A stretch of 63,139 nucleotides of DNA, counting the filler. It is 6 parts of 6 records of this genome, joined end to end, with 100 filler letters (N's around TTAATTAATTAA, not from the genome) between each part and the next. Parts side by side here need not be neighbours in the genome. Positions count along the whole stretch, not along the records: positions 48,268 to 53,269 come from DRR723986_15926; positions 53,370 to 63,139 come from DRR723986_15927; 4 more parts are not named here. The stretch is one strand, 5' to 3'. The position numbers and the translations under genes were made by a program. Each line of letters opens with the position of its first letter. Position 1 is the first letter of the stretch. Under the pieces are notes generated by a model that saw only the letters and a list, made by a program, of their open reading frames with translations, was not told where the DNA came from and did not search any database. Of this stretch, positions 48,268-61,027 are shown piece by piece.

Positions 48268-48879
48268 AACGGCAATCGCCAGTGCAATGATCATTGCCAG
48301 CCAGCCACCGCCGCTGGCGTCTTTCAGCTCTGAGCTCTGAACCTGCTTTCGGCCAGTCACCATCGGCTTTACCAGATTATCCTTACGCACGTGGGTGTAA
48401 AACAGCACCGCCAGGACATGAAGGGCAACCACGGCGTACAGCCCCCATTCCATGAGACGGTGCCAGCTGCTCAGGGTATCGCTCCAGCCCGACGACACCA
48501 GCCGGTAGAGTGGGCCGTTAAAGGCAATTTCATCATTGGAAAATAAACCGGTAACAGCCTGAAAACCGAACAGTCCCAGTAACAACAGCACCGACCAGGC
48601 ACCAAGGGGATTGTGGCCTGCGCCCTGCCACTGGCCCCTAAGATAACGGATCATCGCCCCTGGCCCCGATATAAACTGACTGAAGCGCGCGTAAGTGGAG
48701 CCCACCAGCCCCCAGACCACCCGGAACGCCAGCAAGCCAACAACCGCCAGTCCAAAACGCTCATGCCAGGCCATCCAGCCAGCGCCCAGTTTGACCGTCA
48801 CCACTGCCCCAACCACAGCAATTACCAGCAACCAGTGGAACAGCCGGGTGGGGAGATCCCACAATCGAATCGTCTTCAT
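48268..48879 (-). CDS. Cytochrome b/b6 domain protein (3'-truncated)
   Basis: WDLPTRLFHW, GHNPLG and NLVKPMVTG motifs; heme-ligand His residues. Confidence 0.9.
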
Positions 48880-48979
48880 ACCAGTTCCTTTGCCAAAACC
48901 TGTCAAACGATCACAGACAAAGGTAAGCACCCTAAGTTCCTTTTAGCAGGGGAGCATCGGTATAAACCATGGAAATCGA

Positions 48980-49750
48980 TCAATAGGCTTTTTGTTCCTG
49001 GTACTTCAGCACAAGGTCTTCCCGAATCCCCTCGCGTTCAATCAATTTCAGTGCTGCCCTTATATCTTCTGCATACCGGCGGGCAGGAGACTGGTTCGAA
49101 ACCGCAATCCAGGAGCGGTCACCCGGCACGAAGAACGGTGAAATGTTCGCTTCTATCCCCTGGGCTCTCAGCGTATACAAACCAACCAGCTCGGGGGCCA
49201 CCACGACATCAACCCGCCCTCTTTGAAGCATCATCATCAGGTTTTCGTAGTGGGCCGCAGACTCTTTATGCAGAGCCTGATCGTTGTCAAACCGGGTAAA
49301 GTAACGGGCGCCCTCCAGAATACCGATGACTTTTCCCGGCAGATCGCTGTATCGCTCAATACGGTTACTCTCGCTCACGTAGAAAAACAGACGCCGCTCC
49401 GGCGGAAAAGCCGGAGCCACGAAGGTCATGAATTCTTCCCGTTCTTCGGTACGCAGCGGCCCCAGCATGACATCCACCTCACCCCTGCGCATCAGCAGCA
49501 AGATGCGCCGGAATGGCGCCTCCCGGTACTGCACACGCCAGCCTAGCCGGTCGGCAATTTCCTCGAATAGCTCAAGATAAAGACCGGATTTTTGCGACGG
49601 CTCGAGAATACGGTAGGGCGGCGAGTGGTCAACGCCAACGGTCACCGTCAGTGGCTCTACTGTTTCAGTGCCCTGTTGTGAAAGAACACCAGGCGCCCAA
49701 AGCAGCATCAGAATGCCGGCAAGCACGCCTTTCAAGGCAATCCACCTCAT
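48980..49750 (-). CDS. Periplasmic substrate-binding protein (family 3)
   Basis: Signal peptide; SPPY, PFRRIL and GRVDVVV motifs. Confidence 0.85.
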   Translation of the reverse strand: MRWIALKGVLAGILMLLWAPGVLSQQGTETVEPLTVTVGVDHSPPYRILEPSQKSGLYLELFEEIADRLGWRVQYREAPFRRILLLMRRGEVDVMLGPLRTEEREEFMTFVAPAFPPERRLFFYVSESNRIERYSDLPGKVIGILEGARYFTRFDNDQALHKESAAHYENLMMMLQRGRVDVVVAPELVGLYTLRAQGIEANISPFFVPGDRSWIAVSNQSPARRYAEDIRAALKLIEREGIREDLVLKYQEQKAY

Positions 49751-49931
49751 ATAAATCCGTCCTGGTCCATGACGTTACATGTGCGATAACTACCCTCGCA
49801 GTATAGCCGTTAATGAGCATCCAATATGCCAGTGCCAACGTACTGACGGTTGAAAACCTAGCGATCATCACAATTTGATGTAGTGAGACGAACGAAATAC
49901 ACCCGGACTCCCGACAGGAGGGTCGACTGGT

Positions 49932-50615
49932 ATGAAGATTCTGATGGTACTAACCTCCCACGACCAGATGGGCGACACCGGCCATAAAACCGGTTTCTGG
50001 CTGGAAGAATTCACTGCTCCGTTCTACGTATTCAAAGACGCAGGCGCCGACATCACCCTCGCATCCCCTAAAGGCGGCCAGCCACCGGTTGACCCGAACA
50101 GCGAGGCTGAAGATGCACTGACCGAGTCCACCCGGCGGTTCAGTGAAGACACCCATGCCCGGGAAATGCTGGCCAGCACCAGAAAACTGGCCGACGTGGA
50201 CATGAATCAGTACGACGCCATCTTCTACCCCGGTGGCCATGGCCCGCTGTGGGATCTGGCCGAGGACGACAAGTCGATAGCCCTGATCAAAACCGCTTAC
50301 GAGCAGGACAAGGTGATCGGCGCCGTATGCCATGCTCCTGCCGTGTTCAAGAATGTGTTCATAAAACCGGACCAGAACATCGTGGGCGGCCGTGAAGTCA
50401 CCGGTTTCAGCAATACCGAAGAAGATGCTGTGCAGCTCACCAATATTGTGCCCTTCCTGCTGGAAGACATGCTCAAGCAGAACAACGCCCGTTACAGCCG
50501 GGGCGATGACTGGGCACCGCACATTGTGGTGGACGGCAAGCTGATTACCGGCCAGAACCCGGCGTCTTCCGAAGGCGCTGCCAAGGCTGTGCTGCAGGCC
50601 CTTCAGCAAAACTGA
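49932..50615 (+). CDS. DJ-1/PfpI (type 1 glutamine amidotransferase-like) protein
   Basis: TGFWLEE, PGGHGPLWDL, AVCHAP and ITGQNPAS motifs. Confidence 0.95.
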   Translation: MKILMVLTSHDQMGDTGHKTGFWLEEFTAPFYVFKDAGADITLASPKGGQPPVDPNSEAEDALTESTRRFSEDTHAREMLASTRKLADVDMNQYDAIFYPGGHGPLWDLAEDDKSIALIKTAYEQDKVIGAVCHAPAVFKNVFIKPDQNIVGGREVTGFSNTEEDAVQLTNIVPFLLEDMLKQNNARYSRGDDWAPHIVVDGKLITGQNPASSEGAAKAVLQALQQN

Positions 50616-50622
50616 CGTCCCG

Positions 50623-50648
50623 ATTGGGCTGGCGCCTGCCAGCCCAAT
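50623..50648. terminator. Hairpin between convergent genes
   Basis: ATTGGGCTGGC-GCCT-GCCAGCCCAAT 11-bp stem. Confidence 0.65.
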
Positions 50649-50649
50649 T

Positions 50650-51816
50650 CTATTTCCCGCCGTTGAGCACCCGGTAACAACCGTAACCGATCACCACCCC
50701 CCAGAACGCCGACGACAATCCGAACAGCGATAATCCGGACGCGGTCACCAGAAAGGTGATCAGCGACGCCTCCCGGTGACTGACCTCCTCCAGTGCGGCA
50801 AACAGGTTATTGGCAATAGCCCCCAGCAATGCCAGGCCTGCCAGCACCGCCACAAAGGCCGAAGGCAATGAAGTAAACAAGGCGACAATGGTGCCGGCAA
50901 ACATTGCTCCCACCAGATAGAACACGCCATTAAATACCCCGGCCACATAACGCTTGTCCGGGTTTTCATGAGCATCCTCGCCCGTGCAGATCGCGGCCGT
51001 AATGGCCGCCACCACCGTGGTAATGCCGCCGAACAGCGCCATGGGCAGGGACACAAGGCTGGCCACCGCAATCACCGGCTTGGCTTTCACCCGATAGCCG
51101 GCGCCCCGGAGAATGGCCATGCCGGGAAGGAACTGGCCCGTCAGGCTCACCAGCACCAGGGGAATGGCCAGGCTGAGGGTCGCGCCAAAGCTCCATTCCG
51201 GTGTGATGAGTCTGGGCACCGCCAGGTTCAGGCTTACACCGGCCAGGGAGGCATCCTCCAGCACTACCGCCAGGATGATCCCGGCCATCAGCAAAAGCAC
51301 CAAAGTGTATTTCGGTGTAAAGCGACGAAACACCACATAGGCAACCAGCATGCCGATGGCCAGGGCCGGCGTGGTTTCAATGGCAGCAAAGGCGCCCAGA
51401 CCAAACTGAAACAGGATGCCCGCCATCATACCCGCCGCCACCCCTTTGGGAATGACGCGCACAAACGCATCGAAGGTGCCGGAAACACCAATGACAAAGA
51501 TAATCAGCGCGGCGGTGATGTACGCCCCCACGGCTTCGTTAAGCGAAAGCTCCGGAAACAGCACCACCAGCAGCGCCGTACCCGGCGCCGACCAGGCCGT
51601 GACTATAGGTGCTTTGAGCCATATCGACAGGAAAATTCCCGAAACCGCCGCTCCCATGGAGATGGCCCAGACCCAGGAGGTCATCATCTCCGGCGACACA
51701 TTCGCTGCCGCTCCGGCCTGGAAGAAAATCGCCAAAGGCCCGGCATAGGACACCAGTACCGCCAGAAAGCCTGCGGCAACCGCAGACACAGACAAGTCCC
51801 GAAACAACTGGGGCAT
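50650..51816 (-). CDS. benE: Benzoate/H+ symporter BenE
   Basis: PIVTAWSAPG, AAITAAIC and TFLVTASG...SAFWG motifs. Confidence 0.93.
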   Translation of the reverse strand: MPQLFRDLSVSAVAAGFLAVLVSYAGPLAIFFQAGAAANVSPEMMTSWVWAISMGAAVSGIFLSIWLKAPIVTAWSAPGTALLVVLFPELSLNEAVGAYITAALIIFVIGVSGTFDAFVRVIPKGVAAGMMAGILFQFGLGAFAAIETTPALAIGMLVAYVVFRRFTPKYTLVLLLMAGIILAVVLEDASLAGVSLNLAVPRLITPEWSFGATLSLAIPLVLVSLTGQFLPGMAILRGAGYRVKAKPVIAVASLVSLPMALFGGITTVVAAITAAICTGEDAHENPDKRYVAGVFNGVFYLVGAMFAGTIVALFTSLPSAFVAVLAGLALLGAIANNLFAALEEVSHREASLITFLVTASGLSLFGLSSAFWGVVIGYGCYRVLNGGK

Positions 51817-51860
51817 GTTCAGCTCCTTGTTATTGAGTTCTGTTTGAGCTGTGTAACAGC

Positions 51861-51891
51861 AAAAAAGCCCCGGTCACGATCGTGCCAGGGC
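51861..51891 (-). terminator. Intrinsic terminator between the benK-like gene and benE
   Basis: Minus strand GCCCUGGCAC...GUGACCGGGGC followed by U6. Confidence 0.6.
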
Positions 51892-51945
51892 AAAGAGGGG
51901 TCCGAATGACTGACTGTCCCTCAAGGTCACCTCAACGCTGATTCA

Positions 51946-53269
51946 TCAGTTACTGGTTGCCAGGCTCATCTCTGCGTTCTCACGCTCCCGCGCCGGGCCA
52001 AATTGCCGGCCCACCAGGGCAATAGCGACGGTGGCAATGGCGCCGGGAATCGCCAGGGCCAGGAAATTCATATGGTGCGGCAAGGCCAGAGCCAGCAGCG
52101 TACCGCCAATCATGGGCCCGACAATGGCGCCATTACGGCCAATGCCCGATGCCCAGCCCAGACCGGTGGAGCGGATACTGGTGGGGTAGTACTGGGCCAC
52201 ATAGGCGTAGAGCAGGATCTGCGAGCCAATGGTGGTGGCACCGGCCACGCCCATCAGGGTATACAGAAACCACATCGGACTTTCATAGCCGAGCATGACC
52301 AGCGACACCGAGGCCAGAATAAAGAAGCTGACCAGCACCGTGCGCAGGGACAATCGATCTGCCAGCCAGCCGCCGCCCACAGCGCCGAAGATCGCACCGA
52401 TGTTCAACACCATCAGGAACATCAGGCTGGAGCTCAACTCATAGCCGGCCAGAGACATCAGCTTTGGCAACCAGGAGCCCAGAGCATAGACCATCAGCAG
52501 GCAGCAGAAGAAGGCAATCCAGAACATTACGGTGCTGAAGGCACGACCGCCCCGGAACAATTCCAGAACCGGCGCCTTGCTCTCGGTCGTAGCCGGCACG
52601 GTCAGGGTATCCATTTCGCTGATGTCGTGTACCGGTGCCACTTTCTGCAGGATGCAGCGAGCCTCCCCTTCACGCTTCTGTGCCATCAGAAAAGCCACGG
52701 ATTCCGGCAGGAACTTCATCATCAGCGGCAACAGCAGCAGGGGCACCGCAGCGAGATAGAACATGATTTCCCAGCCAAAATTCGGCACGATCCAGATGCC
52801 CAGACCCGCTGACATCATGCCACCGACGGCATAACCGGAAAACATCAGTGCCACCAGGGTACTACGGCTCTTTTTAGGCGAGTACTCGCTCATCAGCGAG
52901 ACCACATTGGGCATCACCCCGCCAATACCCAAACCGGCGATAAAGCGTAGAATACCGAACTGCCAGGGCGTGGTGGCGAAGCCGTTAATGACGGTGGTGA
53001 GACTGAACAGCACCACACACATCAGGATGGCTTTCTTGCGCCCGAGCCGATCAGAGAGCATGCCAAAGCCCATGGCTCCGAACATCATGCCAAACAGGGC
53101 GCTGCTGCCCAGCAGCCCGGCCACATAGGGGTTCAGGTTCCACTGCTCCATCAGTAGTGGCAGTACCACGCCGTAGATCACCAGGTCATAGCCATCAAAA
53201 ATGATGATCAGGGTGCACCAGAACAACACCTTCCAGTGGAATCTGGTAAAGGTGGCGTTATCGATAACG
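51946..53269 (-). CDS. Aromatic acid/H+ symporter (AAHS, BenK-like MFS), 5'-truncated
   Basis: FDGYDLVIYG, LSDRLGRK, GLGIGGVMPN and GLGWASGIGR motifs; adjacent to benE. Confidence 0.9.
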
Positions 53270-53369
53270 NNNNNNNNNNNNNNNNNNNNNNNNNNNNNNN
53301 NNNNNNNNNNNNNTTAATTAATTAANNNNNNNNNNNNNNNNNNNNNNNNNNNNNNNNNNNNNNNNNNNN
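53270..53369. other. Artificial contig linker
   Basis: N44-TTAATTAATTAA-N44. Confidence 0.99.
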
Positions 53370-53556
53370 CCCGTAGATTTGCAGCTGTGAGCACTTAGGT
53401 CTGTGAGCCGCGATTGCGCGGGGCTCGCAGGGAACGCCGACCGGGACGGACTCACAGACCTGGGGATTCTCTCTACGTGACTAACAAAAAAACTCAAACA
53501 AGGAAGCTGCCCCAAAAAGGCAGCGAACCGCTCAAGCCTTGGTACACAAGAGAAAT

Positions 53557-53934
53557 TTAGGCGACCAGCTGGCCTTCCTCGTCGATGCGCAAGGTACGCG
53601 CGTCACCCCAGAGGCGTTCCAGACCGTAGAATTTGCGCGTTTCTTCCTGCATGACATGCACGACAACATCAAAGAAATCAAGGATAACCCAGACTCCGGC
53701 ATCTGCGCCTTCGGCCACGGGCAAACGATTGACGTTGGCTTTTGTGCGGCGACGGAGGGAATCAACGATAGCACGAACGTGTACGCTTGAGTTGCCGGAA
53801 CACATCACGAAATAGTCGCACGAGGCGGATTCGATTTCAGTGAGGTCCAGGATCAGGATGTCGTCGGCAATTTGATCTAATGCAATACGCGCACATTCAA
53901 GTGCCAAATCCAGACTTTGCAATACTTCGTCCAT
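53557..53934 (-). CDS. rsfS: Ribosome silencing factor RsfS
   Basis: DYFVMCSG, WVILDFFDVVVHV and RKFYGLERLW motifs. Confidence 0.95.
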   Translation of the reverse strand: MDEVLQSLDLALECARIALDQIADDILILDLTEIESASCDYFVMCSGNSSVHVRAIVDSLRRRTKANVNRLPVAEGADAGVWVILDFFDVVVHVMQEETRKFYGLERLWGDARTLRIDEEGQLVA

Positions 53935-53964
53935 TAAGAATCCAGTCGTTGAACAATTGGGTGC

Positions 53965-56527
<2,563 letters not shown>

Positions 56528-56821
56528 CTATTTAAGCAGAATCTCGCGGATAAAATCGCGCCCCAGATGTTGATTGATTTTGTGGCGCAGCTCTTCCCTG
56601 CGCAGTTGTAATTCGGCACGCCAGACTGAGGCGCGCACTTCAACTTTAAGTGTGCCATGTGTGCAGGAAGTTACCTTGGAGACACGGGCGGCGGCGGGGC
56701 CGACGACTTCGGCCCAGATTTCGGGCATGGCCGCTGCTGTAAGGCGTCCTTCCAGGCCACGTTCACGCATGAGCGTGCGCAGCAGATCACCAAGCGTTTG
56801 GGCTTCACCATCATTGTTCAT
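56528..56821 (-). CDS. DUF721 / DciA family protein
   Basis: WAEVVG...SVWRAEL motif; lies between recF and gyrB. Confidence 0.88.
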   Translation of the reverse strand: MNNDGEAQTLGDLLRTLMRERGLEGRLTAAAMPEIWAEVVGPAAARVSKVTSCTHGTLKVEVRASVWRAELQLRREELRHKINQHLGRDFIREILLK

Positions 56822-56838
56822 TGTGCCACATCCCGGGA

Positions 56839-57987
56839 TTAAACTTCCTGCGTCACTTGCCCTTGTTTGACGGCAAAGAGTGCGTGCCGGTCCGAGCCGG
56901 CAAAATGCGCAGCAAAGAGCCCGGGCTCCGTTGTTGTAATAAAGGTTTGCGCATCGGAGCGCACGGCCTCCAGAACGCGCGCAGCGCGGTCGCGGTCCAG
57001 CTCACTGAAGACGTCGTCCAGCAAGAGTAGCGGCGTCTCTCCGCGCACATCGCGTAAATAGTCAAACTCCGCCAATTTGATACCGATCAACAGAGATTTA
57101 TGCTGTCCCTGCGATGCGCCTTCGCGGGCGGAACCACCGGCGACACAGAGTTCAACTTCGTCTTTTTGCGGGCCGATGAGCGTTACGCCGCGACGTGCTT
57201 CTTCGGAAGCACGTGCCGCAATTGCCGCGCGGTAGGCCTGCATGACGTCCGCCAACTCCAGACGATTATCTTCGGCAAAGAGTTCAGCCGGTATGGAGTG
57301 CGGGCGGTAATTGACTTCCACGGCTTCGGCCCCGGCGGCAATGCGCGCGTAGGCCTGGCGCACGTAGGTACCAAAACGCGCCACAAATGCGGCGCGGCGC
57401 ACGACGATTTCTGCGCCGACGGCGACGAGCGCATCAGTCCAGGGTTCGAGGAGCAAGGCATCAACGCGGCCCTGCTGTTTCCCTTGATTCAGGAGTGCAT
57501 TCCGCTGGCGCAGGATGTGTTTGAGGTTGATAGCCTCAGCAGCATAACGTTTGGAACTCTGCGCCAGGACAGTATCGAGCAGGGTGCGCCGCTCCATGGG
57601 CGGACCGTTGGTCACACCGCGGAAGTCTGGCGAAAGCACCACAAGCGGCATCTCTCCAATGATGTCACGCGGAGACTGATTTTTACCGGTACTTGAAGTA
57701 ATGCGTTTGCGGCGTCCGGGACGGTAGGTAAGCTGCACGCGCCAGGGCATTTGCAGGTCGGTCACGGCTTCGGCTGTGACTGAGAGTTCTTCGGCACCGC
57801 GCCGCAGGAGCGCTGCGTCCGGACACTGCACAAAGCTGCGGCTGAGGGCACATAAAGAAAGAGCCTCCAGCACACTGGTTTTACCCTGGCCGTTGGCTCC
57901 ATGTAAGACGTTGACTCCTGGGGCAAACTGCAGGCGCGATTCGCCGTGATTACGCAGATTGTAGACCGTAAGAGTGTTAACGTGCAT
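56839..57987 (-). CDS. recF: DNA replication/repair protein RecF
   Basis: GANGQGKT, SQGQHK and LLLDDVFSELD motifs. Confidence 0.96.
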   Translation of the reverse strand: MHVNTLTVYNLRNHGESRLQFAPGVNVLHGANGQGKTSVLEALSLCALSRSFVQCPDAALLRRGAEELSVTAEAVTDLQMPWRVQLTYRPGRRKRITSSTGKNQSPRDIIGEMPLVVLSPDFRGVTNGPPMERRTLLDTVLAQSSKRYAAEAINLKHILRQRNALLNQGKQQGRVDALLLEPWTDALVAVGAEIVVRRAAFVARFGTYVRQAYARIAAGAEAVEVNYRPHSIPAELFAEDNRLELADVMQAYRAAIAARASEEARRGVTLIGPQKDEVELCVAGGSAREGASQGQHKSLLIGIKLAEFDYLRDVRGETPLLLLDDVFSELDRDRAARVLEAVRSDAQTFITTTEPGLFAAHFAGSDRHALFAVKQGQVTQEV

Positions 57988-58029
57988 TCGATTGTTCTTG
58001 CCGGCATTTGGGCCTAAGCCGCAAACACA

Positions 58030-59202
58030 TCAGGAGTTGACTGAACGGGATGGCATTACGAGCATGAGCAGCTCCTTACTTTCAACCATCTCATCGATCT
58101 CTTCACCGTCTTTCTCGGTTTTAGAGAGCACCAGTGGTTTGACCAGTACGGCTTTGCTTGGCGTTGAGACTGCGAGAACGGCATCTTCCTGTTTGGCTTC
58201 GATCACGTGATCGAGGACTTCCTGCAAAAAGCGGAAATTAAAGGAGATGTCGATGTCTTCCCCATCGTATTCACACGGGATGACTTCCGTGGCCTGGTTG
58301 CCGGACTCGTGGTCACTTCCAATAATCGTCCATTCATCGCCGCTGATTTTGAATTGCACCTGGCGTGAGATGGCGCTACTGAAGAGTGAAACACGTTTGA
58401 TGGATGCCAGTGCCTGCGCGGGCTCAAACTTGATAATCTTATCGTTATCCGTTGGGATGATAGCTTCGTATGGAGGGAATTTCTCATCGATGATACGCGT
58501 GATCACCGTTGTGTTATTCATCTCAAAACAGGCGTGTGAACTCGTGAGGCGCAGAACTGTGTCACTTTCGGCGCGTTTGAGCAGGTCTACAGTACGCGCC
58601 GGAATGATGGCTTCGTACTCAGTGCCTGGAAGCGGATATTCTTCGGTACCTTCAAGCGTCAGGCAAGCCAGACGGATGGAGTCTGTGCCGACGGCGTTAA
58701 AGGAGTCGGCGTTAAACTTAAAGAGGATGCCGGTCAACGCAGGACGGTATTCGTCTTTTGAGACCGCAAACGTCGTTTTTTGAGCGATGCGCTGAATTGT
58801 AGCGCGCGAGAATGTTGCTTCAACACCACCTTCGATTTCCGGGCGCGGCGGAAACTCGTTGGGATCGAGGCCGAACATCACGTATTCACCGCGATCGGTT
58901 TTTAGCTTGAGTTTGAAGAGCGAGGTGTCGACGTCAATTGTCAGCAACCCCACATTTCCGAGGGCTTTAACGATGTCGTTGAGTTTGCGCGCAGGTGCAA
59001 GAACACGGCCATCACCTTCTCCCTGGACTTCAGTTGAGGTGATAATAGTTAGCTCCTGGTCTGTTGCGATTGCCTCCAGCCGATTTTGGTTCAGCTCAAG
59101 ATGGATATTCTCAAGCACGGGCAGCGTGGAACGCGGCGGAACGGCTTGAACAACTTGTTGCAACAGTTTCTGAAACTCCGAAAGCGCGACGGTAAACTTC
59201 AT
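58030..59202 (-). CDS. dnaN: DNA polymerase III beta clamp
   Basis: TLPVLENI, ATDQE, RPALTG, IDEKFPPY and LVMP motifs. Confidence 0.96.
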   Translation of the reverse strand: MKFTVALSEFQKLLQQVVQAVPPRSTLPVLENIHLELNQNRLEAIATDQELTIITSTEVQGEGDGRVLAPARKLNDIVKALGNVGLLTIDVDTSLFKLKLKTDRGEYVMFGLDPNEFPPRPEIEGGVEATFSRATIQRIAQKTTFAVSKDEYRPALTGILFKFNADSFNAVGTDSIRLACLTLEGTEEYPLPGTEYEAIIPARTVDLLKRAESDTVLRLTSSHACFEMNNTTVITRIIDEKFPPYEAIIPTDNDKIIKFEPAQALASIKRVSLFSSAISRQVQFKISGDEWTIIGSDHESGNQATEVIPCEYDGEDIDISFNFRFLQEVLDHVIEAKQEDAVLAVSTPSKAVLVKPLVLSKTEKDGEEIDEMVESKELLMLVMPSRSVNS

Positions 59203-59338
59203 GGACCTGCCGTGTACTGTTAAATGGTACTCAAGGGATTTTTGCGTAGATTTGTCTGTAAGCCGGTGAAAATAACAAATCTCCGGCACATACGCTACGA
59301 TTGAGCGCTAGGCAATTTTCAGGGAATTCTCCGCAGAC

Positions 59339-60019
59339 ATGATTAGCAGTTACGGCTACGACAACTTCTTTCCGATGATGGGCGTTGGCATCGGACTTAT
59401 TATCCTGGGCTTTTGGGTCGACTCCGCCATTCTAACATTTTTTTTCTTGCTGAGTGGATTTCCGCTCTGCCTCTTCACCCTCTGGTTTTTCCGTGATCCG
59501 GAACGCACGATTCCGCCGGAGGCTTTGGCCGACAGCAGCATTCTGATTGCTCCGGCTGACGGCGAGGTTGTGCAGATAGCCGACGAACGCGAAGAGCGGG
59601 CTGTTGGTGGCCCGGCGCGCCGCATCAGCATTTTCCTGAGCCCGATTGACGTGCATGTCAATCGCCTGCCTGCTACGGGGCGTGTGCTGTTTTCCGACTA
59701 CCGGCCCGGCCGGTTTATGGCGGCATACAAGGATGACGCTTCGGAGCAGAACGAGCAGACGGTAATCGGCCTGGAAAACGAGCATGGGCGATTGCTGTTC
59801 AAGCAAATTACCGGCTTCCTGGCGCGCCGCATCGTTTGTGACCTTAAGGCCGGCGACACGGCGACTGTGGGCGACAAATTCGGCATGATGAAATTTGGGT
59901 CGCGCATGGATGTCATCGTTCCCACAAGCACCGAGATTCAGGTGAGCGAGGGGCAGCGTGTGGTAGCCGGTAAAACGATTATCGGACGACTGGCGGCTGG
60001 GAACGGCCAAAATTCGTAA
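59339..60019 (+). CDS. psd: Phosphatidylserine decarboxylase proenzyme
   Basis: FFRDPER, APADG, IFLSPIDVHVNR and KFGSR self-cleavage motif. Confidence 0.94.
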   Translation: MISSYGYDNFFPMMGVGIGLIILGFWVDSAILTFFFLLSGFPLCLFTLWFFRDPERTIPPEALADSSILIAPADGEVVQIADEREERAVGGPARRISIFLSPIDVHVNRLPATGRVLFSDYRPGRFMAAYKDDASEQNEQTVIGLENEHGRLLFKQITGFLARRIVCDLKAGDTATVGDKFGMMKFGSRMDVIVPTSTEIQVSEGQRVVAGKTIIGRLAAGNGQNS

Positions 60020-60115
60020 CTTGGCGGATTGCCGTTCGGATTCAGGTGAACCGGACATCCATTCGCGTGGTCGCACGCGGCGGATTCTTGCATCAGGTGT
60101 GACGCATCCCTTTCT

Positions 60116-60895
60116 ATGTCAAAGCTGCGCGTAACCCGTTCGATTATTCCGAACCTGTTTACCCTGATGAATCTCTTCTGCGGCTTTATTGCCATTACGC
60201 GTATTGCGCAGGAAGAATTCGTCAGTGCGATGTGGTTCATCATTCTGGCCAGCATTTTTGATGGGCTGGACGGTGCTGTTGCGCGTTTGACAAACGCCAC
60301 CAGTGAGCTGGGAATGGAGCTGGATTCACTCTGTGATGTGGTTTCTTTTGGCGTGGCACCGGCTTTCCTGCTTTATAAAGCACACTTCATTGGACTTGGG
60401 TCTCCCGGCCTGATCTTGGCGGCACTACCCGCTTTGGCCGGCACTTACCGCCTGGCGCGTTTTAACGTTCTGGTTACCGGCTTTGAGGACAAGCGTTATT
60501 TTATTGGAATGCCGATTCCGGCCGGTGCGATTACGATCATTTCCTATGTAATTTTCTATCATACGGCGGAGTGGTATCCGGCGGAATGGCTGACGCCGTC
60601 GATTGTACTTGTATCGATCGGTACGGCAGCTTCGATGGTCAGCAAGGTAAAATTTGATAACATGCCACGGATTTCGCGGCGTGCCATCAAGGAGCGGCCA
60701 TTTGTGATTGGCGGCTTTGTAATTGGCAGCATTCTGGTGATTGCCAGCAAGGGCCTGTACCTCTTTCCCCTGATGCTGCTATATATTAGCTTTGGTTTGA
60801 TTCGCGCGCTCGTGCAACGTTTACAGCGCAAAGACGTCGATGATGATCTGGAAGACATGGAAGAAGGTTCGGGGCCCGGCCCTTTTGATATGTAA
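60116..60895 (+). CDS. pssA: CDP-diacylglycerol--serine O-phosphatidyltransferase
   Basis: DGLDGAVAR...GMELDSLCDVVSFGVAP and RLARFN motifs. Confidence 0.95.
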   Translation: MSKLRVTRSIIPNLFTLMNLFCGFIAITRIAQEEFVSAMWFIILASIFDGLDGAVARLTNATSELGMELDSLCDVVSFGVAPAFLLYKAHFIGLGSPGLILAALPALAGTYRLARFNVLVTGFEDKRYFIGMPIPAGAITIISYVIFYHTAEWYPAEWLTPSIVLVSIGTAASMVSKVKFDNMPRISRRAIKERPFVIGGFVIGSILVIASKGLYLFPLMLLYISFGLIRALVQRLQRKDVDDDLEDMEEGSGPGPFDM

Positions 60896-61027
60896 GTGGA
60901 CGGCGCGTACGGCCACTTTTCTGGAATCTCGTGTAACTCGCAGACGGGCAAGAGCATTTCTCTGCGCGCTTGCAGTGACGCTGCCAATGAGCAGGCTTCA
61001 AATTTCCACACTTGACAGGAACTCAGC

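Noticed and set aside
48268..48879. Hydrogenase operon
   Set aside because: Only a stand-alone cytochrome b domain is present; there are no hydrogenase subunits on the contig.
50968..52812. Long antisense ORFs (313 aa and 269 aa) opposite benE and the benK-like gene; likewise 34078-34884, 38943-39743 and 55733-56506
   Set aside because: These are shadow frames of GC-biased real genes and contain no recognisable motifs.
59203..59338. oriC upstream of dnaN
   Set aside because: No consensus DnaA boxes or AT-rich unwinding element are visible, and dnaA is absent.
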